Below are positions 8,080 through 20,000 of a stretch of DNA of 40,535 nucleotides, one piece after another. Within the stretch, counting starts at the first letter, position 1, and every line of letters begins with the position of its first letter. Below the pieces are notes generated by a model. The model had not been told where the DNA came from, made no database searches, and was given only the letters and a program-made list of their open reading frames with translations. Source of the DNA: a virus (Duplodnaviria > Caudoviricetes); IMG/VR virus record IMGVR_UViG_3300032218_002385, positions 1-40,535 of that record; one strand, given 5' to 3'. The position numbers were made by a program, and so were the translations under genes.

Positions 8080-11000
8080 TTAATTACCACGTATAAACCT
8101 TGCTGCTAAAGTTTCTTGTTCTTGCAACGGGATACCATCGCTAGCGGTCCCAGAGCCCGGCGTGTACCAACTTTTGCCTTTGACTACCAAAATAGTGACC
8201 TGGTAATTTTCAGTTGGAGCAGTTGTAAATGTAATGACTACTGGATTAATTGCACTAACTGTATATCCGGAAGTTTGCAGGATTCCGCCAACATATACTT
8301 CAACTGCGGTTGCATCTGTAACTACAATTTCCGTGGCGAACACAGTGGTTGACCCATTGGCTAAGAAGTTTTCATTTACAGTATAGTTTTGATATTCTGC
8401 AGGTAATAAATTACCAATGCCTATATCATATACATCCGTACCAGTTACATGATCAGCTGCACCTGTTCCTGCAGTTCCTCTTCGTAATCCGCTTATGGTA
8501 TTTGCAACAGTATCTCTGTTGCGATATGCAATACGCTCGCCATTGATTGTGATTAGGCCAAAAATACCTTGAGGTAAATTTGGTTCGCTTAGTGCGGCTG
8601 CATTAGCAACATGTATTACATTATCTACTGCTGAACAATCTTGTGTTAGAGTAGTACTTGTATCGTTAGTAATACGGTATGTGCTTTGTAATCCGCGCAT
8701 GTCTTGGAAAATACGGAAAGCAATTTCGCCAGGTACTACATTTTGTGTAAAGCTGGTAATTACTACAACTTGTGCTGCGGTTATAGCAGGCCCTGTAATA
8801 ATAATAAATGTACCATCAACTGTATATCCATTTCCGTTAAACAAGTAAAAACCATCTAGCGTAACTGTCAATCTTGACGGATCAGTTATAATACGACCAG
8901 TATCAAATTTATTGGTTATTATTTGCGAGCCTGTGCTGTAGTCAAAGGACCCTAAGGTATTACTTAATAACGCTTCGTCAAAGTCAGTGGTATCATAACC
9001 TTGTGCAATTGTGACTCCTTCTACCATTGGTCCAACAAACACCTGAGTTAGCATATCTTGTTCAGCTGTATCATTAAAAGTTGTAACAGAGATAATATCT
9101 CCCAGAATTGGAATTAACGAACCTGAGTTATTCCAAATCAGTGTATTTCCCGACAGATAATATTGTGCAGCAGTACGCACCGATATTAAAATCTTAGCAC
9201 CAGAGTCGGGCATCGAAGACAACGTAATTGTTCTGGCTTCAGATGAACCGTTCCATGGATCAAGTACAAAATCAACACCTAACACCTGTGGCACATTGTC
9301 AATGTATAACGACACATCGTTGTTGGCCACTACGGCAGGACTGTACCCAACATGTGTAGGACAATAATATTGTATGCTAGAACCGTCGTCAATGTATTCA
9401 ACGCTGGCAGATGGTCTGGCTCGAATACCATTCTTTTCTACAATGATGTTGGCAGGATTAGTTCCTTCAAGACTATTAGTTAATGTGAATGTCAAGCTAC
9501 CGTTGGCTACAAAATATTGAGTCTGCGGCGCACTCCACGAATACTGAGGAGTCTGAAAACCCATTGCAGTAACAGTAACCAAATCAGTTGACACATATGT
9601 ATTACTAAATGATATGCGTGTGTCGAAAGATCCGTATTGTGCAAAAGTAAAGTTGGTAACTAATTGTCCATTAACAAATACAACTATTTCATTGATAAGA
9701 CTGTATTGAACTGGGATAACCAGTCTATTACCAACGTCGGCTCCGTTGAATGAATTTGTGTACTGTTGACTTCCGCCTCCTAATGCGTATACAGTTATGC
9801 CTATAATGTCGCCATTGAATACACCAGCAGTCACCTGTATAGTCTGAGCAACCCAATTTGTTGTGTAATGTGTGCCTGGTATCAGTTGTACGCCTGATGA
9901 GAAATTATATACTGCCAACGTAATTGGATACGGTAGTAGACCCTGGAAGCTCATTGTAGATGACAATCCCGGAGCATATACATATTTGCGAGTTGATTCT
10001 GGAAATCCGTGTCCGTTATCTTCCCAATCTGCACCAGGTGTTGTAAACACCCGCATATCTAAGGTATCAAATATTGCTCCCGGTACTAGTTCTTCTGGAG
10101 CATGACTTGAGTACTGATCAACAAATGCACCACCGTCGACGTTGATTGAGCTTGGTAGTGTACCCAGGTATGGATCTGTAAAATCGCTTGTGTATATAGT
10201 GTCAAGGATAGCAGGATCGTATGTTGGTAGTCCTTCTGGGCCATAAGCTATGTTATCAAAAGGATTGATATCAAAATTGCCTACATCAAAACCTGTATTT
10301 TGATTAAAGTCAGGGCCTGATACTTGTACTCCTGGGTAATCAACTCCAGAAATCAGTAGAGCAAGATCTAAACCTGGTTCGTTGACTCGCGGATTATAAT
10401 ATCCCATGGTTCGATCTACACCTGTTAACTCAGCAGCTGGTACCAGTGTCCATTGGTCTGTATCGAACGTTGGGCTATCGACACTGGTACTGTCATCTGA
10501 ATTAGCTGACCAGACTCGATTATCGTAACGTACTAAAGTGCCATTATCGTAGCTCCCATTGGGTTCCCAGGCCACTATACTAGATTGATATTCATAACGA
10601 TCGTACTTTATAGTGGTTAGAATATTACGTACCAGCTGATTTCCAGTTACTGGCACAGCCCGAGCGCCAATTCCATTTCCGCCCACAAATGTAATAACTG
10701 GTGTAGTGGAATACCCTACTCCGGGATCTATTATATCAACTGCAACAACAGATCCAGCAGTGTTCACTCTTGCGGTCATAACAGCATTAACTATAGCATC
10801 GCCAGTTACTATAACGTCAGGTGGTACAGTATATCCGGTGCCGCCATCAACTACAGTAGCCGATTCTATTTCTAATAGATAATTTTGGAACCATTGGTTC
10901 CACGGCAATGTTTGCCAGATTGGAGAAGTACTAGGCAAGCTGCTAGTTGTACTGACCGGTGGTTCAGAATTATCTAATATAGGACTTACAAACAAATTTT

Positions 11001-14000
11001 GTTCGTTGTCATAAAATGCCGGCAAGTCAAAGTCGTTTACAGTACCGTTATATTGATCAAATCCATCGTATATTAAATTGAATTCACGTATTTGTACATG
11101 ATACGGTTTGACTTCTTGTATATAATCTAGTACAAAATCTTGGTTGTCTCGACGATAAATTTGATACGGTACTAGTTGGCGTATTGTATGATCAACATCA
11201 ATCAGACTGGTCTTAGTTAACCAATTTGGTGCCTGTTGCTCGCTCAAAATGTAATTAAACATCAGAATCAATGAGCGGTTGCGTTCAATTAAAAGATCGC
11301 CAGTGAACAACTCTTGATTAATTGCCTGTATAATTTTACGTGTTTCAATTACAGGTTCCTGATCGTAGAATTGTGCATCAAAGACTTCTACATCAAATCC
11401 GTAACGGCCAACACTATAATCCCACAACTTGTTAGAAAATTCTATTGTACCGTCTTGCAGTCCTACCCGGACCCAGGAATTAGTGTCGGAGAATTGATAA
11501 AGCTCCCACTTGCCTTGACTATTTGAAGTTACTTTAGCAACGCTGTTGACCGGAACAAACAGAGTCTCCAATGCAGAATACACTGGCACCTCTGTTAATA
11601 CTCTTGTTAGAGGATCGTAGCCAGGTGCAAACCAATTGATATGATTCCAGTATAGTTTAGTATCATAATTTTGAACTCGCACTAATTCTAATGTCTTTGA
11701 TCCTGGCGCATAGTCAGATATGACTTCGTAAATGGTCCATAGACCGTTGTAGGAAGAATTACTTACTACCAGATATTTGTAGCCGAGCGGAACTGTGGCA
11801 AGATCCTGATAAGATAATTCTTCGTTGTTGGCTACTCTAAAGTCCCATGCACCTGATGACCGACTAGGTTCAGATTCTTCGCTATTCAATAATGAAAATT
11901 GGCGAGTCTCTGTTGTAGGATACTGATTAAGAATCAGGTTGGCACGTGATAGATAATTTTTCAGTGCCAAGAAACGATTAACAAACATGCTTTGACGTGG
12001 GCGTGCCTGTGTACCGTATTGTTCGCTTATGCTCAAGAAAGGATCCGGAACTGGATTTCCTACTACATCAGATCCGCAGAAACTATCTTGCAACTTGTTA
12101 TAAAGCACATCAGCCAAGAAACCATCTGCACGATCCTGTGCCACTAATTGGTACTCTACGTGTACTGCATTATCATTAAGAGTCTGGTCGTATCCAACTT
12201 GCAAAATTGTATCCTGAGCAGAAATATAGTCTGCTCCGTTGTAGATCGCAATTGTGCTTGAATTAATAGGAACAACATAGCTGATGCCACTGCTTCTTGG
12301 ACTTTCGATATATTGGGCAATAACAGTTGTGCTAAGAGTTTTCTTAGCAAATGTGTTTACTGTATTAATACCAGATACCCAGAAATAGTATTCTAACGCT
12401 ACAATGCCTTGTTCATTCAATGAGCTGTTGATTGAGTATCTGCTGTTGCTAAACGGTACACCAGGGCCTGTGTATTGAATTGGTGGCACCGAGCTTGAAA
12501 CCCATTGATACACATCTATTGTACTTCCTGGAAACACTTGTCCCCATCTACGACTAGCATAGGTAATGTCATCCTGATTAGGATCAATAAATCTAACGCT
12601 TGAAGTATCCCACCATATTTGCCCAACTCGTGACTGCCGCCACGCACCGCCGTAATTGTTAACAGCGCCTGCATTATACTCAGCAGGATCGATTGCACCT
12701 GTAAAATTGATATTCTGAGCAACAACACCTAATAGGCGTCCTTGCAATGGATTAAAATAATCAAAATATTGTTTGGTATTTCCAGCAACACGATCGTACA
12801 TGTAAACTGTGTTTAGCAGAGAAACATCTACTACTGGCTGCTGTTGTCTAATTGCTTGCCAAGCTGGTTTCAAGTTAATATTTTGATATGATACTGCGTT
12901 ACCACTGTTGTCTTGACTGTCATTGAAGTCTGTACCAGGAGATCCTATTAACAATGTTCCGGTTGTATAATCTATTGCTGCGCCAAATTGTGCAGATGTC
13001 TGACCGCGATTGGTGTATAACTGTTGACCAAATGCAAACTGACCTGGGTTGACCACAGATGCATTAACCGATGGAAGGAAGTCATATGAATATACTACTC
13101 CGCTTTGCAGTATTGTATCAAAGAAAACTGTACTACTTGAGTCAAAGGTAGTACTAGTTTTAGTGATAGCGTTTACATCAAATGTTGTAAGTTCTATTAA
13201 GGAACCGTTTGGTGCGCCTACTAGCAGTGTGGTAGTATTTTCGCTGATGAACAGTTCTCGTCCAAAGTTTGCAAAGTCCTGCTGAACAGGTGCTACGATT
13301 GTCTGTTCATGCACATAGACTGGCCAACTCAGATCTGTGAATACTGTTCCTGTGCCTGGTAGAACTTGCACTTTATTCAGAGCTTGTGCGGATTGAATAT
13401 TTTTAGCTGAGATAGTTAATCTGCCAGATACCACTGTTATGACACTATATGCATAAGGTGCTACTACAAATGTCACGGTCTGAGTAGTATTGTTGTAGGT
13501 GTAATTAACACCCAGAGTCTGTACTACATTATCAACTAACACTAGCGCAGTATACGAATCAGCAGCTGAATAAATTGTTCCTACATCAAACGCCGTAGTT
13601 GCACCGTCTGCAATTATTTCAAGATTGTCAGTCACAGCAGCCTGAGCATTGGGAATAGAAGCTGCATTTATATCTGCAGCCAATTGTTCAACAGTTGTCC
13701 CGGTCACTTCTACAAAGTAGTTGTTGACTCTGACAAAATCACCTGGTGTCAATACAGGGTTAGCAACGGTACTAGATATAGTTCCATAAACTCGTGCCTG
13801 ATTTAAATTAAATTCTACCTGGCCAGATTGTATAGCCGGCGTATTGGCAAATGGTGCGCCAACATATAAACTACAATCATTTACACACTGATCAACTACA
13901 TAACCAAATTTAGCATTTGCAGCTGGATTGTCAGAGTAAATTGTTTGTACCAAGTTAAATTGATTTGTTTCAATTGTTAAAATATCACCAATGTTGATGG

Positions 14001-17000
14001 TAGTATCTAATGTTACTGTATTGGAAGATACTGAATATGTGCCGCCAATGGTGCCCAACTGATTCAACAAGAACTCACCGTTTAGTTCAACTTGTGTAGG
14101 CAATATCAATGGCAATTCTGGAGTATATGATAACACACCAGTATCAGCTATCTGGAAGTTTTGTACAGAACGGTCAAATACATATACCGATCCTGCTTGT
14201 GTAGACACTTCGCCAGTTACTGGATCAGTGTAGGTTGATACAGGACATCCAACTATCAGTTGACGACCGTTTGTTGTTGTTGTAATGCTGTGCCCAAAGC
14301 GGTCAGTTGACGCAAGTCCGGCTACAGTGATTGTATCTACCAAGGCATAATATGTTTCTGCGCGAATAGAAATTACAGTACCTGCAGCAGGTGCTGTATT
14401 AAAAACTAAATTGTGAGAACTGTCTGCTGCATAATCATAATCTAATTTTAATCGTTGTAGAGAGTCGTTGATATAGACGCTAATTGAAGCACCTATATCA
14501 TTGCCTACTGATAAAGTAGCAGGGTAAATGTTAGACAAGTCAAAGGTAGTTGTTACTCCATTACCCAATAGGAGTTCGGCACTTCGTCTGGCAATTGTAA
14601 TTTTCAGGCCAGAAGTTGGCGGAGTTGAAAATACTACATACACACCACTGGTTGTGTAATCAACACCATAAGTTAAAACAACATTTTCTAATACAACTAC
14701 TAATTGGTCACCTGAATCAACTGTAATATAATCACTGTAATTAAACAATGTGTCTGACCCAGTTGCATAATATTCCACAGATTGTGGCTGATAATCTACA
14801 CGTCCGTAAGCGTATACACGATTTCCGCCTGGAGCACCAACATACAGCCAGCGTTCGTCCTGGCTCATTGTGACAGAATAACCAAATTCATCTGCAGGAG
14901 TTGCTGCTTCGGCAGGTTCAATTAGCAGTAATTGCCATTGTTGAAAAGCATTACTTGCAGGGTTTCTATAAATGACTGCTGCATATCCAGCATTACTCAT
15001 ACTAGCACTTGCACCAGCAATGACCCAGGCTTGATTGCCCATGTCTATTGCATTGCCATAACCTACTGTACCTGTTGTGCCGAGTTCTAAGATAGAATTC
15101 TGTGCATAAACATCGTTCTCTGTTTTAACATATGTGTATACAGCACCGGTAGTGTTATATCCAGGTGCACCAATAAGAGCACTTAGATTTTGTAAGCCTT
15201 GACTTATGCTTGCACCAAATTGAGAATTTTCAACTGTTATCTCGGGCGCAATTTCAATTGAATCTGTGAATGGTTCTAATTTTTCCAATACTTCCCATAG
15301 GCCTGCACCGTTGTTGTCAACCCAGATTTTAAGGCCTGGGAAAAGTGGTCGTGCATATGGTAAGTTGACAATGTCAGATGGCTGGGCGACACGCAGAGAA
15401 TCAAGTGTAAAGCCGACTCCAAGTCCGGTATATGTTGTTTGGTTACCAACAAATACAAAATCAATTAGCAACGAGGTTATACCAGACACATACTGTACTC
15501 GGTATACTCCGTCAACTGTTGCATCAAAGAATCTGATTATTAGAATATCACCCTCTGACAATCCGTGCGGGTTAGTAAATTGTACTAATGCCCGATTGTT
15601 GAGATTATTACTAACTGATGTTATGTTTCCAGGCACCAACGATGTGCGATATACATTCCACTGATATTCATTTATTTTGGCTACCCAGACAGTAGTTCCT
15701 ACACCAATTGCAGTTGAACTCAACTGTGGGCTAACCAGTTGCAGAGTTTCCAAGTCAAATACGTTTATATCTACATCATCAAAATTAACATAGCCTGCTG
15801 ATGGCAAACCAATATCAGTAGGAAGTGTTGTAGTAGTTGGGAATATGTCAGTAGATGTGAGTTTTAAACTAGACTTCCAAACATTTTCTAATAGTATTGC
15901 CTGGTCAGCTGAAGACTGTTCTTGAGGCATTACCACTTGTACCAGGCAAGGGTCGCTGTGCAATAATGCTTCATTCAATCTGAAATCAACAAAGCTTTGA
16001 CTAGCAGTAGCGCCATATGTGCTACGCAAAACTGCCCAGTATTCATTAATGTCGTAGGTGGCTGTTTCTTTGCCTAAGTTGGCTAAACTAAACAATTCTG
16101 CAGATTGCAAAGTACCTTTTGTGCCCAAGAACTGTTGATACAAATTGACCTGGCTTACATCATCTAGGTTCAATGCCTGCATGTATTGACGTGGTCTGAA
16201 TCCAATTAGCCCGTAGCTGAATAAATTAACTTCTTGCTCAAGATTAGCATTGTACACACTATATGCTGCTGCCAGCTGATCGCTAGAGTTAGCAGCATTG
16301 GACAACAGCCCTTTTTGTATTTGATTGTAATCGCTCTTGATCCAAAGATTATAATTAAACGCCTGGCTAGGCTGAATGATCGTACTTGACGACCAATATT
16401 CATTCTTGAATAGAACAATTTCACCCTTGGCATATTTGCGATTTGGCGACCACTCAATTATGTTGTCCTGATTTAGTACAAATCCAGGTGCGTTAACTAA
16501 TCCAGTCCAATCGTTAGTGATCCAACCAGATACTAAAACTCGACTCTGTCGAGAGCCAGTGATCTTGTCATATATAAGATCCGCAAAAATGCTGCGATTG
16601 TCCAGAATAACAATATGTTCGTATGCTGTAAATCTCAGGTTCAAGAAGTTTATAGTATTGTTTGTCAATGTTGACACGCGGAACAAATTGTCAACGCGAT
16701 CAATTACTAAATCACCAATTGGCAAGGCTTGACGATTTTGATTTAAAATAATGTCATCAGGAGAATATGTTAAAATACTATCCACAATTGCCTGAGGACG
16801 AGAGATTGATATGCGTGTGGCAGCAGGATTTAGATTTACGATAGATCCAACTGCCCAACCTTGCTGGCTCCAGTATATAAATTCTTGACACATCTGGAAC
16901 CAATCCAAGATATAACCATTTTCTCTTGACTCAAACAAGAAACCTTGCTTTTGCAGCAGCGCACCGTAGCTGACCAAGAAGTCGCACACACTGGCCAAGG

Positions 17001-20000
17001 TTGTAAACACATAACCGTACGGAACTTGAACTACATTATTGGTGTGTTCGGTTGCAACTCTGATCTGTGTCTCTACAGCAGAAATAACTGTGTTTCTACC
17101 TGCAGTACGAGATACTAATATTTCAAAAAATGGCCGTTGCGTACTATAACCCAGTACTGCCCACCCGGTGTCAACTTTCTGCACAATAACAGAGCTGTAG
17201 GTAACTTGCTCAAATGGTTGATCTTTGTAAAGCAATAATGAATAACTTTCATCAGGCAATATCAATCCAGCATTAGTACTGCCTGGAGTAGATCTTTCTG
17301 TATAAATTTTGAGATAATTCTTATCAGTAAATCCTGCTACTCTCCAGCAGAGTCTGACATCAATATTATTCAATGTCACTGTGAGATTGTCAGTGCTGTT
17401 TATACCCAGCTGGCAATTGTAATCAACGATCCAATCTAAGTAGCTGGCTTTGCTTGTGCCGTTTCCATACAACGGGGTCAGTTCGCCGGCATTTAAACGA
17501 TAGCGGCCGTCCCACAAGAATTGTTCCAGTGGCTGATTGTACACATAACGATCTCTGTCAGAGAACAGGCTAAAGAACTTGGCAGGTTTAGTTAAAGCCA
17601 GCAATCGCATTGCTGCAAAAGGCCAAGCACTGCTGGTTCGCCATACATTCTCTACTGGACCGTCGTCGCCAAAAGTCCAGCTACGGCGGAAACTTGTTGC
17701 ATCGTAATTACCAATTACAGCAGCCAATGGATCTAGTAATTCACCTTCTGATCCAACCGGTAATACTGTCAATAAGTCTGGACGAATATAACGAGGATTG
17801 ATCGTAGGGTTTACAGGATCTTTAATTAGACCTGCTGCTAAATCATCCCATAAAACTGTATTGCCACTGGTGTATGGCGCAGGTCCATATTCATTTTCCC
17901 ACCAGCTGGGTTTTTGCATCAATCCTAACATCTCCCACGGAGTTGTGTTGGGAGTATAAGTGTCATAGAAATAGTTGTACAGTCCTCGCCAAGCCCCTGC
18001 AGATACAGATTCACCTGTTAAACGATCGCTACTCTGACTGTAATTGTATGTAAACGGATCAGCAGATCTATAATACTGTTCAGTGTAATCAAGCTTGTTC
18101 CAACCTACCCAGCTCAAGAAGTCTACACTTAGAATATTATTAATTTGTGCCAGTGTATAATCAGTAGTTCTGAATTGTCCTGGCATAACATCTGTTACTA
18201 CTAACGGAATTGGTGAAACTATTTTCAAGTTGTTGAAGATTCGTCTTTCAAATTCCAATAATACCTGGTCTCTGATGTCGTTAAATGCCAGAGTAATTGA
18301 ACCGTCGTGTCCTCGTATCACTGTTTTAGGAGTAATATAACTTGAGTCTAAATATATAGCTGGCAGATAAGATGGATACAATCCCATCTTTGTTGGAGTA
18401 TTAGGAACGTAACTTCCGTATGTCTCAGGATACTCACGAATAGTTATAACATCGCCAATTGATAACGGTACTGTAATAGTTAAATTAGGCTGGTCAACAG
18501 CAACAGTATAGTCGTAGTTAACGGTCAGTAACACACCATTCAAGTATACCAATAATCCCAAGTAGTTTGATGCAGTAAAGTCATATGTCTGAAGTGTGTC
18601 AAAGACTGGGGTGCTAATTGCAGAGTAAGTGTAAGTGTTCTCAGTGTATGTTTCGCCCGACGGAATCATGTCAGACCAATAGAACGGACTTATATTACTA
18701 CGGCCAAGACTAATTTCTTGCAGCACTGTATCTAATATTTGATTAGCTGCGAGGTGTTCAAAATCTCCGTTAGTCACAAGATCCAACATAAAGGCCTTGT
18801 ACTTGGCGTACTCTTTACTGTTAAATTCAATGGCGTTAAACAATTCAAACTGTTTTTCTCTGAGAAATATACCAGTCAGTGTCAGTGGTGCTGAGTTTTG
18901 AATTATTAAGTCACCGTAACGTAAGATATCGCCAAGGTCTCTTGTGTTGTTGGCACCAACAATAGGGCCTTGAATTGTTCTTAGGTTTTGCCCAATGGTT
19001 TCATAATGGGTACGTATAGTTCCTAACGTAAACGTATTACTATTTTCGTTTAACGGATTGTTTTCTAAATTAAGTGGAATTTCGTAGAACCCAGTGGTAC
19101 TGGCAAAGTTACTAATTGCCTGTACTTCCACAATAGTACCAATCAGAATTGGATTTACAGTCGATTCAAGTAAAGTAATTACTGTAGTATTATTAACTAT
19201 TTCATACACATATCCAGTGGGATCGATGAATACGCTGTCTTGGAAAATTTGTAATGGAGCAAATACTGTATTAGTATCCACAGGTACATCAATGATCAGA
19301 GGTGCACCTTCATAAGTGAATCTGAATGTCTGACGACTACGGTTTTCTTCTGCAGCTGGTTGCCATCCAATTAGATTGCTAAATGAAATTCGATCTATAT
19401 ATTGTTGAACAAATCCGTTGCTTATCTGTTCAGTATAGCTGACATTGTCTTGAACATAGATAAAGGTATCGGTATATAGATAGTTTTCAAAAACTATGTC
19501 ACCCACGTTATTGATATTCAGAAACTTCAGCGGAAATCCCAATATTGAATCGGTGATGTCTGTTGAACCTAAGGCATATCCAAATAATTTGCTTCCGGTA
19601 AAGTTTGTGCTGACATATTTTAGTCTGTCAGAAAAACTAACACCGCTGTTATCAACAACATCAAATAACGGCGGTTGATTTACCTGAGTTTTTTGCTGAG
19701 CCAGTGTCCACGATGATCCGTTGAACCAATAGCTTTTTCCCTGCTGAATTATACCGCTTAGGCATACTACAGTCTGATCAACTAGAATTGCACTATCTTC
19801 AGTTGGTATCAAATCAATTATCAATGTGCCAGAATTGTCTGGATCAATAAACTGAACTTCATAGATTTTGTTACGTACTTGCGGATCTAAGTCGGCAGCA
19901 AATATTACTCTGCTACCGTTGATAAATGTGTAACCGTCGATACTATAACCCAATTGACCGTTGATGTCAGAGAAAGCGTCTGTTGCATTAAAGTCGATTA

